64,000 nucleotides of DNA from Vicugna vicugna (lineage: Eukaryota), in contig MU058221.1 in NCBI GenBank assembly GCA_013265495.1, positions 620,001 through 684,000 on the forward strand, in the 5' to 3' direction. Position numbers and translations under genes: made by a program. Of the stretch, positions 1 to 11,949 are shown piece after piece. The notes beneath the pieces were generated by a model. It was not told the origin of the DNA. It made no database searches and worked only from the letters and a program-made list of their open reading frames with translations. Each line of letters opens with the position of its first letter. Positions within the stretch are counted from its first letter, which is position 1.

Positions 1-45
1 TACTGTCAAAGAATTAGATTTGACCTTTAATTAATACATATTATT

Positions 46-249
46 TGCAGGTACTAACTACTGTATGTGAAATAGATGAACAACAAGTTTATACTGTGTA
101 GCACAATATTCAATATTGTGTGGTAACCTATAGTGAAAAATAATGTGGAAAGGAATATATGTATGTATATGAATGACTGAACTATTAATGCTGCACACCA
201 GAAATTGCCACAACATTGTAAACTGAATATACTTCAGTTTAAATAAAAG
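46..249 (+). mobile_element. 5'-truncated L1 3'UTR, camelid/artiodactyl-type
   Basis: 3' end motif gctgcacaccagaaattgccacaacattgtaaactgaatatacttca plus A-rich tail, shared with other copies in the window; likely degenerate TSD aatacatattatt (33-45) / aagatatattatt (247-259). Confidence 0.85.
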
Positions 250-317
250 ATATATTATTCCTCCGGCAATGTAGACGTTACCACATAAAAACTAAAGGAT
301 CCAACTTGATCACTTAC

Positions 318-348
318 ACATTTGCATCAATAAAAATGAACCGCCCAC
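318..348 (-). other. Candidate 31-nt internal exon, product unknown (phase 1 to 2: xGRFIFIDANV)
   Basis: Minus strand acceptor gtcttcattattccatttAG and consensus donor TGT|GTAAGT; phase-compatible with candidate exon 2132-2189. Confidence 0.3.
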
Positions 349-864
349 CTAAATGGAATAATGAAGACATTATCACAGGAACATTAAAAGAAAGCATTAT
401 GTTAACATGAGAAACCAAAGTCTGAGACAATATTGAAAAAAAAATTGTGGGTATGGGAGCAGGAGAAACATAAAATAATTGCAAAATCAAGTTCACAGAG
501 TGGGAGGCAGCACTTCTGGCTTTGTCCGCGGTTCCGTATAGTGATTGCATAATTGCACGCACTAAAGAGTTACTAACCTGAGATGTGAGGGGGAGGATGT
601 CAAAGTTCCTAGACGTGACAGCCCCGTTTAATCCTGCAGGAACTGGTGGTTCCAGAGATGCTTAGCGCTCTAAAGGCGCCCCACCCCTGCCCAGCGCTAG
701 GCCTTCGCCTACGTGACTCCTCAGTGGGATGGAACCGTAAGACTTAACTTGCCATTTCCCTCTCCCCTACGTCAGGCCACCACGGCGGTGGGATGGCATT
801 CCCCTGCGAGGCTCCAATCATCTAGGAAGCCAGGAGTAAACATCCACTGCTGTTTTCTTCAGTA

Positions 865-1263
865 CAGGAGTCCCCACTTGCCTGTGGTTTCCCAGTGGTT
901 TTAGCTACCCACTGTCAACCTTCGTCAGAAAATACTGAATGGAAAACTTCAGAATTAAGTGATTCATAAATTGTAAATTGAGCACAATTCTGGGGATTGC
1001 AGTGGAATCTCCTGCCACCCTGCTCCGTCTCACCAGGGATGTGAACCATCCCTTCGTCCCGTGTACCTGATCTGTTAGTCATTTAGTAGCCATCTCAGTT
1101 ATCAGATAAATTGTCGGAGCTATTACACTGCCATAGGTATGTAAGTACAGGAAAAACTACAGTGTGTGTGTGTGTGTGTGTAGGATTCGGTACTACCGGA
1201 GGCTCTGGCATCCCCTGGAGGTCTTGGAACACATCCCCCATGGCTAAGTGGGGGGCTGTTATG
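865..1263 (+). mobile_element. MER44-like (Tigger7-derived) non-autonomous DNA transposon with internal (TG)n
   Basis: Termini caggagtccccacttg... and ...catcccccatggctaagtgggggggctgttatg resemble MER44 TIRs; internal aatggaaaacttcagaa and ttagtcatttagtagccatctcagttatcagat; TA on both flanks (863-864, 1264-1265). Confidence 0.8.
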
Positions 1264-2131
1264 TAGAAAGAGAGGACATGGGCGGCTTCAGGAATCCTGG
1301 CTTCCCAACAGAGGTCCTCATCCAATTCGATCAGTGTTAAAATAACTTACACAGGCTGTGTTGGAGATCAAGCTCATATTCGTCATCAAATAATACGCTC
1401 TCCTGTTCTCTTTTTATGAGTCTTGAATTTACAAGGGACTCAGTCACTTAAATCCCTGCAGGCCATACTATTTCCCTTTATAACCCCTGCTTAATCCTGC
1501 CTTGCAGGCAATTTCAAACATCACACAGCTCCTAAGTGTTCTGTCGCCTCTCATTGCTTAAAGCGCTACTTGCAAATGTAACCATCTCAGTGACATCTCC
1601 CATTGCTGCTTCATTCCTCCTAGACGGATAACCGCTGAAAACCCTCACACTTATTCAACACATCGCGTCTCCTTCAAACGGAGAACCCAAATATCCATTT
1701 TAAAAAAAACGTAAAGACTCAGATCCTGGGAAGGAACGCTTCACTGTGTCCTGAGCATAGCAACTGAAGACCTCTGGGTGGTCCCCCGTGGACGCGTTTT
1801 ATATCTGCTTTCAGTTTCCAGCATCTTTGACTGGAGTTGAGGTTTGCCTACAATTAGATGATTATAGGTTTTAAACGTTCTCCCGCTTTTAATTTCAGTT
1901 TAAATTGGTTTTCTATTAATGCATCTGGTGGGAAGCGCACGCGTATCTGGCCCGCTCTCTCGAGGATTTTAGTAATGAAGTGCCTGGAGGCCGGTGCCAG
2001 AATCCACAGGTTCATTTTCTTCGTTGAAGTCCAACTGAGCCGAGTGGTCCTCAAAGTATCCACATAATTATAGCAGGCAGCTTTTCTCCCCAGTAAAGCA
2101 CCCATCTGTTTCTTTTTCAAACCAGTCATAC

Positions 2132-2189
2132 TTTCTTCCTGAGTATTTATTGATGAATACACTGTATTTCCAAGGAAAGTCTCTGTGGA
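2132..2189 (-). other. Candidate 58-nt internal exon (phase 0 to 1: STETFLGNTVYSSINTQEE)
   Basis: Acceptor ttcttgcaatttttctactcaaaAG, donor AAA|GTATGA; open in phase 0 and links in frame to 4843-4869 and 318-348. Confidence 0.25.
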
Positions 2190-3079
2190 CTTTTGAGTAG
2201 AAAAATTGCAAGAACTAATTCAATTTTGTTACTATGGTTTTCAATTACTCCTTACAAATCCTTTAAAAAGAGGCAAATGGAGGCCATGCTTTTAATCACC
2301 ATACTGCATTCAAATATTCATCTTTTGAAACTTGCCTAATAGACTGTGATTTGCCACGCACAGACAGGCACAGCTTTGTCTTAGAATTCACTTGACCTCA
2401 GGCACACCAACTCTGATCCTAAAGTAGTATCTGGTTTGGTTTGGTTTGTTTTTCACAAGTCACCATCTATATTCTGATGGCTAAATTTTAGAAAAATTAT
2501 ATTGTTCAGACTCTCTAAAGCCATGTTTCAGTTTTATCTATGTCACGTGCCAAATGCTGAAGTGATGCAAAATTCTGGGCTCCGTTCAATTTCATTTCTA
2601 CCTATTATCCATACCTACTGTCTATAAGATTATGATGCTGTGAGAACTGAACCATTAACAAGTTTCCTGCCCCCAGATTTCACCGTCCTTCTGCCTTATG
2701 TAAAGTCAGTTCTCAAGAAATCATTCTGAAAATACAATTAATTAAAGGTGTATGTGTGTGTGTGTGTGTGAGTGGGACTCGCGCTATTACGCAACACAAT
2801 GTGGATAGGGAGTGGTCTCGGGGTTTCTCTCTCGCCCCTTTCTGTTCATAGTGCTAACCATTTCATACAGCGTTTTATTTCTCCCCACATCTGACCCCCA
2901 CATCAGGCCCAAAGTAGCTGAGTTTAGGGGCTATGTTACTGCTGTCACTGCTCCCATTATGTAGTGAGTGTTTCAAGAATCAACAAAATAAGCAAGATAG
3001 CATCCATAACGCCGTGGGTCCGGGGGAGGTCGAGAGACATTTGAGATCGTGAGAAATTTGCTTTAGGTTATACATCTGC

Positions 3080-3905
3080 AGGTCTAGTGCCTGATGGCTG
3101 GAGTGTGGAGCCAGGTCCTGGGCCCTCTAGTGGGCAGAGCCTTGCCTGGAGGTGGCTGTGGGCTCCGGGGGCTTAAGGCAGCCTGTCTGCTGGTGGGTGG
3201 GCTGTGTTAATGCTCAGTCAGCTGCCTGGCTGGAGGCATTTCAGCACTGATGCCTGCAGATGGGCGGGCCAGGGCAGGGCTGGATCCGGAGGCTTGTGAA
3301 CTGCAGGGAACATTTCAAAGTGGTGCTGCCAGCATCAGTTTCCATGTGGTAGAAGGAATTCCCAAATATGGTTGCCACCAGTATCTGTGTCCCCAGGGTG
3401 AGCCGTGAGCTGTAACCGCCTCCTGTCTCTCTGGGAGACTCTCCAGATCAGCAGGTAGGTCTGACCTAGACTCTCCAAATTACTGCTGCTTCTCTGGGCC
3501 CCAGAGCACATATGTGCCCTCTAAGAGCAGAGGCACTGTTTCACCCGGCCGTCCAGGACTCTGGCAAGTTAGCCCCACTGGCTTCCAAGCCTCTTGCTCC
3601 CAGGGCTCTCCTTCCTGGTGCCAGGCCCTGCGTGGTGGGCGGGGACCCCTCATCCTTTGAGAGCCTCTGAAGCTGCAGTTAGTCTCCTGTTCTTGAACCA
3701 CCCACCCAAGAGCATGGGGTCTGAGTATACACGTGGCTCTGCCCTCCTACGGGTCTTACTGGGGTTTCTTCTTCATATCTTTCCCGATAGGAGACCTTTT
3801 CTGGTAGATCCTGGTCTTTTTCATCAATAGTTGACCTGACGTTAGTTGTGATTTTGGTGTGGCTGGGGAGGAGGTGGTTCAGGGTCTCTCTGCTCTGACA
3901 TCTTG
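3080..3905 (-). mobile_element. L1 5'UTR fragment (older L1M/L1MA-type)
   Basis: GC-rich antisense L1 5'UTR motifs: ccaccagtatctgtgtccccagggtgagcc, cagcaggtaggtctgacc, ttagccccactggcttccaagcc, tagttgtgattttggtgtg. Confidence 0.7.
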
Positions 3906-3916
3906 CACAGTCTCCA

Positions 3917-4068
3917 GAATTTCATCCTTCACGTGGCTGAGTGGTGTTGCATTACATACGCACCACATCTCCTGTATCCAGTCACCTGCTGGTGAACAGG
4001 CTGCTTGCGTATCTTGGTGATTGAAATAATTCTGCTATGAATATTGAGGGGCGTGTATCTTTTTGAAT
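3917..4068 (-). mobile_element. L1 ORF2-end/3'UTR fragment
   Basis: ttcatccttcacgtggctgagtggtgttgcatt...tctgctatgaatattgaggggcgtgtatctttttgaat is typical antisense L1 3' sequence. Confidence 0.75.
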
Positions 4069-4842
4069 AAATCAGCTTATAAAAGTTGTAGTAATGATTA
4101 TGTTTTTATAAAGAGCAGCCACAGGACAGTATGAACTCAGGTCCAGGTGTATTTATTCTACTCAAGCAATGCTTTCTTCATCAGTATTGCCAGTTTCTCC
4201 AGTGCTGAGGTACAAATTTCCTCATATTCTGCCATCACTAACACTTCCATTAAAGTTGAGGTGATGCATTTAGGACTGGCAGTCACAGACAACTTTGAGA
4301 TTAAATCATATTTGGATTTCTATAAAACAGCCCCTTCTCCCGCTGTGTGCGCGCACACACACACACACACACACACGAGTCACATCTGTCTTTTATATTT
4401 TGGGAAACTATAGTATTTTTTAAACAACAAAAATATGTTTTGAATACCACATCAAATATTATTAATTAAACGCCCTTTTGTGTTTATTTCCACACACGAA
4501 TTGCATTCTTACATTCGAATTTTTCGCTTTTTCATGTTATGAATTTTTAAGAAATATCGTTTCATTGCTTTCGGATTAGCCTTAGTCTTTATATAAAGTC
4601 AAAACCTATTGCAAAACCCATTAGAATAACACTGAGCTCACTAAAGGGAAGACAATATTCAGATTATTTTAATAGAATAATTTTGCAGAAGGAACAAAAC
4701 TAGAAATTTTGTCATTAGATAATATTGACTTATTTTCTGTAATTAATTTCTTAGCTGTCAGATACTTGAAATTACAATAAGCTATTTTTATAAGCAAGAA
4801 TATGTGCATTTTTGTTGTCTCTTATTGGCTACGTCAGGTTAC

Positions 4843-4869
4843 CTTGATGCTTATCTTGGCATCACTAGA
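4843..4869 (-). other. Candidate 27-nt symmetric micro-exon (SSDAKISIK)
   Basis: Long pyrimidine tract ttctgtttttatgttctctgctgccctccccgccAG and donor AAG|GTAACC; only phase 0 is stop-free. Confidence 0.3.
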
Positions 4870-5599
4870 CTGGCGGGGAGGGCAGCAGAGAACATAAAAA
4901 CAGAATGGTCTGGTTGATGCTGCTATAGATTTAATTTTGGTCCAAATCCATAATCCTTTATAAATCTATAGAGATTTTTCTGTACTTTTTTTTCTTTTGG
5001 TGTAATACCAATTAAAATATAATTGCTCTTCCCTTAAACAGACACATATCTTCAATTTTTTTATGTTCTATACATTACATATAATCATTATGTATATCCA
5101 AATTATAGTTCTTCATTTGCTAAATGCTTGCAGATAGTTTGACAAATGCTACACATGTCATGAATAAAAATAAACAAGTCTTGTTTAATCTACTGAAACT
5201 CTAAATGGAGCCTGAATAAGGTTGTAGCATATGAAGCTGAAAGAGACTGTCAAATTGATAAATTTCAACTGAGCCTCAGTAAATTCAGTAAAATTAAAAA
5301 AAAGTGATCAAGCTCATGGTTTGCTGCTAGAAGCAATAATAAATAGGCTTCTGAGTAGGTCAGAGTACTCTGGAATCTTGGCATAAGACAATTGCATAGG
5401 TTAGACACTCAAACACAAACCATGTACATTTCCCAACACACAAGGCCGGGCTGAGAATACTAGGCTGAGAATGAGGTGGAGAAGCCAGAGGAGTAGGTGT
5501 TTGGACGCCCATTCAGCCATTCGTTAGTCCTAGGGAAGACAACCTGGGTGAGTTCACTGTGTTCATGTGTATAAACGAGACAGTAAGTCATCCACGTTA

Positions 5600-5990
5600 A
5601 AAAGAGATCAGAGAGATATAACAACAGAATGCAATGTATGACCCATTTTTTTTTTAAACAATTGGAAAATTTTGAATAAGGCTTGTAGTCCAGAAACAGT
5701 ACCGTATCAGTCTGTTTCCTTATTTTTGACAATTATACTGTGTACATAGAAAAGAATGTCCTCGTTTTGTAGGAAATACGTACTGAAGTATTTAGGGGTA
5801 AGTAGCGATTATGTCTTCTATTTATACTGAAATTGTTTAGAAAAGAAAAGAAGAAGGAAAATGATAAAGCAATATGTCACAATGCTAACACTTGGACAGT
5901 AAGGGTGAAGGATATGTGGGAATTCTTAATTTAATGCACTTTTTTATAAATCTCAAATTCCACCCAAATAAAAAGTTAAGACAAAAAAGG
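5600..5990 (+). mobile_element. Ancient L1ME/L1MC 3' end
   Basis: gaatgtcctcgttttgtaggaaatacgtactgaagtatttaggggtaa ... gggtgaaggatatgtgggaattctt ... aaataaaaagtt. Confidence 0.75.
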
Positions 5991-6337
5991 TATTAGCAAG
6001 AATATATCTCCCTATGACAAATTTTAATTTGATGTATGAAACATAGCAGTTACTTAATATCTATTATTATGGGTACTCAACCAAATCATCATTGTAGCAA
6101 GACTGTAATTTATGCATATAAAAGTGTAAAGTAAAATATGGGTTCTTTTTATTACACAGGAAATATTTTTTAAAATAAAATGCAATTTTATATAATCCTT
6201 ACAATCATGTATAAACGCTTCATGTGAGCGTCACAGAACTGAATGTTGCTGTGGAGTGTTTGCAAAACTTAACAGTCATCAAGAGCATTTGTCAGGATGG
6301 AAGTAACTGAAAAGGCACTTGGAGCCAGAACTCTAGG

Positions 6338-6530
6338 CTCCTCCCCCTCCCCCTCTCCCCGTCTCCCCCAGGCCCCTCCNNNNNNNNNNNNNNNNNNNNN
6401 NNNNNNNNNNNNNNNNNNNNNNNNNNNNNNNNNNNNNNNNNNNNNNNNNNNNNNNNNNNNNNNNTTCTCCCCAAGGCCCCTCCCCCTCTACCCCAGGCCC
6501 CTCCCCTTCTCCCCAGGCCCCTCCCACTTC
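6338..6530. repeat. C-rich ~20-bp minisatellite spanning an 85-N gap (6380-6464)
   Basis: Unit ccccaggcccctccccttct repeated on both sides of the N run. Confidence 0.85.
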
Positions 6531-6880
6531 CCTGGGGCGGAGCCGGTGGAGGCGCCGCAGGGTGGAGCGCAGGCTGTCCCGTGCCAGGCAGAGGGGCTGG
6601 AGCCAGGCCGCCGCTGTGACGGGGAGGGGCGTGCTCTTCTCTGGGCTCTTCTGTCAACATGCTCTGGAAGCTGCCCAAGCCTAGGAAAACGTGTGCGGTT
6701 CCGCTGGGCCGCTGTCCCCGCGGGCCTGGGGGGCACACTTTGTTTTCCGCTTCCTTGCTGTTTGCTTCGTGCCCTCGCCTTTCATGAATATCGACGTGTG
6801 AGTGGTTGTGCCTCTGGGAAGAAAAGAAGTCCCTTTGTCCAGCTGACTTGTAGGCCGGCGGCTGCCCCCAGCCAGGCATT
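6530..6880. promoter_or_regulatory. CpG-rich island-like segment, possible promoter
   Basis: High GC and CpG; GC box GGGGCGGAG at 6534-6542, GGGGAGGGGC at 6621-6630; plus-strand donor-like CGT|GTGAGT after 6797. Confidence 0.5.
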
Positions 6881-8544
6881 CAGATCTGAAGTTAATGTTT
6901 CCACTGACAAATGGCTTCCTTTCGTTTGTCGACACTTTCTCTGTATCTGTTGGAAGTGTTGTTCATGGATGAGGAAACGAAGATTCAGGCGTCCTGGCTT
7001 CTCAGCTAGTGTCGTCCTCCAGTTCTAACAGCGTGCCGTGTGGCTACAAGACACGCTTCTGAGAAATTTCCGTTTCTCTGAAAAACCTTCCTGTTACATT
7101 TACTCGTGTTCTTAGACGCCTAAATGAGTGCCACTGTGTTCAGCTTATGCAGCCCACCGAAATCAAATTCAAACTGCAATCAGCAGTGACACTGCATGGG
7201 AGAAGAGAGAGTTAAGCAAGTGTCTGGTTTGACAGGTAGGAGGTGGGGACGTTTAATCATAACTGGAATATTATCATATAAATGTGCAGATTACACCCAA
7301 GCCATGAAGGATGATGAATCGGGGCCAGTCTAATGATCCTATAATCTGGCAAAATTCCTCCTGCAGACATTCTTCATCCTAAAGTGATGGAGGCTTCCTG
7401 CCGGAATGATACCTGAAGGATGTTAAGCTCTATATGGCAGATAAAACAGGCATCAATTATACTTTATTTTCAATTAAAATAGAAAAGTAGTCAATTCTGC
7501 AGCCCACAAACACGGAAAAACAATTTTCAGCCCACATCCTGGGCGAGAGATTAGTGAGCATCTCGACTGAGAAGACACCTGCACATTCACTGCAGGCCGT
7601 GTGCAGTGCTGCCGCGGGGGGAGTTTTCTCACTGCCTCCTTCATTTCTTTTTGCTTTTTCCCGTGTCTTCCTCCCAGAGAATAATAAAAAAATGAAGGCA
7701 GAAATTGTTAATGTGTTAATGCTTCCGGGGAACTTTCTGTGGCTATTGTAATGACACTGTAAGGGCTAGGATATCCTTCTTAGTGCCGGTGGTACATGAA
7801 CACATGCCTAAAGAACGTTTTGCTCTTTGCCCTTGAGTACCTGGAGCCCACTGGAATATAAAGTACATGAAATTTGTAAAGGCAATTTTATTTTAACGGA
7901 ATTAAACATGCACTGCTTACATAAAATAGTTCGACTAAAGACTCTGTGTACAATCTGGTGCTTGGAATATTTATCGGAAACCGCCAATTCCATCACTGTC
8001 CAAATATTACTTTGCATTAATGGTTAAAAGTGCGAGTCTTGATCCGTAAATTCATACAGGTCTTAGAGATGACCTTAAAATATTTCTTATGATAATGTAT
8101 TTTTCTAAACAAGTGCAGTCATTAGTTAAGGGTGTGTGAGAGAGAGCGAGACAGAGAAAGGAAGAAGGGAGGGAGGGGCGGGTTTGGGAGTGGAACTTCT
8201 TTATCTGATGCCTTTTTCCTGACAAGCACGTTTTTGGCATTATACACGCTCATGTTACGGACAGTTTGACACAGATAAGGCACCAAATCTGCAAGAATGT
8301 TTCAGTGGTAAAAATAGTATGAATAAATAATTAGTTACCAAGCATCTGATGTAATATTTACCCACCCTTTAAATACATTAAACTGTCTTTATGTGAAAAG
8401 GTAACATGTCATTTTTTAAAACAAAATATAAGAGTAGGGCTAGGGAAGTTAATGCTAACCCAGGACAAAGCTAGTACACTTGAAAGGACGGGTCAAGGGT
8501 GAGTCCGGGTTTGTGGGGATCTGAAGTCGGTACCCTTACTTTTT

Positions 8545-9190
8545 GGACGTTTGTTCCAAACAATTTCAAACTTCACAAAAAAGCAGGGAAAATCCCCCAA
8601 AGGGACTCTCATATATCCATCACTCAGTTTCAGCAAGTAGCAAGGTGTTTGCCCCATTTGTTTCATCTGCCACATTTTCACTTTTGTCCTTTCTTTGTGC
8701 TGAAGTATTAATAAAGCTAATTCCCGACATGATGTCATTTTACCTCCAAATGACATCTGTATTCATTCTTCTCAAAAATATGGGCCATGTGTTACATGAG
8801 AAATAAGTCCACTTTTATACCGAAAACAAAACTGGCACGTTTTTGTGTCGTTATATCTTAGTCAAGTTTCCCTGATAACTTCAGAAGTATTTTTCAGCAG
8901 GTGTTAGCCAGGATCTAATCCACCCATTGCACTTGGTTGCTTTGTGTCTTACGTTTATTTAATGCAGAGTAACCCCCTCCCTTATCCTTTCATGCCATCG
9001 ACATGTTAGAGAAACCAGATTCGCTGTCGTAATCATGCCCCACATTCTGGATTTGTATGTTTGATTCCTTCTAGTGTCATGTAAGTTGCTCCTCTGTCCT
9101 CTCATATTCCCTGTAAATCTAGCTAAACCTTGATTCAGTGGCAGTTGAACTATCTAAGGAGAAACACTTCCTAGGTGGGCCTGGGTGCCG
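8545..9190 (-). mobile_element. Ancient L1MC4/5-like 3' fragment
   Basis: aacaatttcaaacttcacaaaa, ccaggatctaatc...cattgcacttggttg, ccccacattctggatttg motifs. Confidence 0.7.
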
Positions 9191-9967
9191 CATCTGACGC
9201 CAGAGCCAGCCCTGCAGGCCAGGAGGAAAGAGCGCCTGATTCGGATTCGATGCCCTTGGCAGCGTGACACATTACCTTCCTTCACACGAGTCAATGAGCT
9301 TTATCTCTGGGGACGATTGTGGGCACAAAAGGGCCACCGAAGTCCAAGATGTGCAATGGACAGATTTTCTTTTTCTGGGAAAATAGTTTTAGACCTGCAG
9401 TAAATGGAAGCTTAGTGCCAACCTACATGTTCTATCACTCTGCCAAAGAGCACACTCAGAAATAATCTGGTGTTCAGTGGGCACCGAGCCCTGCAGACAG
9501 TCTCAGCGGGCCTTTGGCAGAGCGACTCGGGTAGACGGTGCTCAGGAGGAAGGCGACCTGTCTCTGACATGTGCATCCTTGACAGTGCAGTGCAGAAGTG
9601 TCCATTTTCCTCCCGGAAGCAGTTGCCTCATTCACATTGCAAAAAATGGGAGCAAATAGAAGATTTTTAAAAAAAATAAAGCGTGGAGAAGAAGGCAGAA
9701 GGAGATCAGCTCCACACAGAGTCCCACATGCATGTATATCTGTGCACACATGTGCCCGCAACAGGTTTTCATCATACAAGAAAAGGACTTTGTCCAAAGT
9801 ATGACTTTGGACAGAGTTGAAATGCTTACAAGTGAGGTGACTCTGGCTGGATAAATGAAAGGGAAGCAGAAGCATACAATTTAGAAATGCACTCATGAGA
9901 CAGACAGAGACTTTTAGAAAGAGGAAGGGCTTGAAGTTCACCCTTCAGTTATCTTTTTCTCAATGTC

Positions 9968-10729
9968 TTTTTTTAATGGAGTAGAATCACATTACACTGT
10001 TGTGTCAGTTTCTGGTGGACAGCTTCATAGCTCAGTCACGCATATACATACATATATTCATTTTCATATTCTTTGTCACTCTAGGTTACTAGAAGGAATT
10101 GAACATAGTTCCCTGTGTTAGACAGTATAAACTTGTCATGTATCTATTTCATATATATGAGTTAGTATTAGCAAATCTCAAACTCCCAATTTATCCCTTC
10201 ACATCTGCTTTCCCCCAACCATAAGTTAGTTTTCTATGTCTGTGAGTTTGTTTCTGTTTTGTAAATAAGTTAGTCTTTTTTTTTTTTTAAGACTCTACAT
10301 ATAAGTGGTGTTATATGGCATTTTTCTTTCTCTTTCTGGCTTACTTCACTTAGAAGGACAAACTCCAGGTCCACCCATGTTGCTGCAAAAGGCATTATTT
10401 TATTATTCTTTATGGCAGAGTAGTATTCCACTATATAAATATACCACAGCTTCTTTATCCAGTCATCTGTTGATGGACATTTTGGTTGCTTCTATGTCTT
10501 GGCTATTGTAGATAGTTCTGCTATGAACATTGGGGCACATGTATTTTTTTAATTTAAGTTCCCTCTGGTTATAAGCCAGGGAGTGGAGAAAAGGGGACCC
10601 CCCCCTACACTGCTGGTGGGAATGTAGTTTGGTGCAGCCATTACAGAAAAGAGTATGCAGATTCATCAAGAAAACTGAAAAGACTTACTCTGTGACCCAG
10701 CAGTCCCACCACGGGGCCTGTATCCAGAG
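9968..10729 (-). mobile_element. Camelid-type L1 3' end with 5' inversion (twin priming)
   Basis: Antisense L1 3'UTR/ORF2 end 9968-~10580, then sense L1 gtggagaaaagggg...ctacactgctggtgggaatgta...tatccagag ~10583-10729. Confidence 0.9.
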
Positions 10730-11389
10730 CTCACGTATTTTAATTGTGAACTTACTCCACATGGAGATGCCCTGCTCCTGACTCAGAACAGGTGTCCAAG
10801 AATCAAGGCACATTTTGTCACAATTCAGGAGTTAAAATGTGTCTAGTGGTTGAGAAATATGTTACATCTCAGCTTGTGAGAACATTCGGCAACAAGAAAC
10901 CCTTGTTCTTGGCACCCCTCCTGAGTCGGCACACTTTTTCCTCGAAATATTTGTGGTCTTTCTCCAGTTTTCATACATAACATTGGTTTAAGCTAGGGAA
11001 GTGCTAGGTACTGCCTTAAGGAGGTCACTGGCCCCAGCAGTACCGGTTCTCTCTAACGATGCCTAATGCCCGATGGTGTTTACGCTCATGTTTGTTTTAG
11101 CTTAGCCCCATCCCGTCAGTTTTGTGACTCTGTCGATAGCATATGGGTTTGCCATTGCAACCTGGTACTTGAATCTATGAAAGCCAACCAAGTTTAAAGG
11201 AACAGGTGTCAGAACACTTCTGTAAAACACAGGGCAAAAATCTAAGGCATCGTTGTGAAGGCCATGAACCTGAACTCACCAGGGTTTGTGCATCCAAACA
11301 TTCAGCAGGAGTTTCTGCCACTAACTGCTCAGCACTGTTAGCAACATATTAGGTCTCTGATCTGAACTGTCTTGGACATCGCAAAATGG

Positions 11390-11575
11390 ATCTCTTACCT
11401 ACTTCCTTTGCTAGTCATATGATCTTGGCATTATTTGACCTGTTCAAATCTCACTTTCCACTTCTAGAAAATGGGACAAGTGATTGTATTTATTACACAA
11501 GTTTAAGCTTATATTTAAAAGTTAATATAGTTTGCTTAAAATTATGCTTGCCGAAGTAAATGTTATCTATGATTA
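11390..11575 (+). mobile_element. MIR SINE fragment
   Basis: tatgatcttggca...ctcactttccacttctagaaaatggga resembles the MIR core. Confidence 0.5.
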
Positions 11576-11738
11576 TTCTTAGTACAATTATTTTCATAAC
11601 TCACTCAGCCGTTCTCTAAATGAGAATCATGTCTTATATCCTCCAATGACTTAAACAAACGAGTAATTAACTTTGCCTGTGTATATCTAGGTCAACCAGA
11701 CTCCGAAAAAGGACAGTGCACAACACGAACCATTAAAG

Positions 11739-11940
11739 CAACAGCTCTCAACCCTGGTGACTTTGCCTGCTCTGGGGAACAGGCAGTCATGTCTGCAGAC
11801 ATTTTCGATTCTCAAAACTGGGAGTGTGTGCTAGAGTAGAAGCCAGAGACACTCCCAAATAATCTTCAGTGCACAAGACAGCACCCATAGCACAGAAGTG
11901 TCTGCTCCGAAATATTAGAAGTGAGGATCTGAGAAGCCTG
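11739..11940 (+). mobile_element. MER20 (hAT-Charlie) relic
   Basis: ctctcaaccctggtgactttgcc...atgtctgcagacattttcgattctcaaaactggg...gtagaagccagagacac...cagtgcacaagacagcaccc. Confidence 0.75.
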
Positions 11941-11949
11941 CATCGGAGG

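Noticed and set aside
2068..2189. Alternative frame HRDFPWKYSVFINKYSGRKYDWFEKETDGCFTGEKSCLL* with a prenylation-like end
   Set aside because: Cys is third from the end, so not a true CaaX; no protein recognised; conflicts with the phase-compatible reading
6784..6797. ATG-AAT-ATC-GAC-GT (MNIDV) before a donor, resembling the FAM91A1 N-terminus
   Set aside because: Only five residues match; the following FAM91A1 sequence (EFHIRHNYPW) was not seen in the window
6292..7028. Longest ORFs in the track (195 and 243 aa)
   Set aside because: They run through an N gap and a GC-rich repeat/CpG segment where stops are rare; low-complexity translation with no recognisable domain
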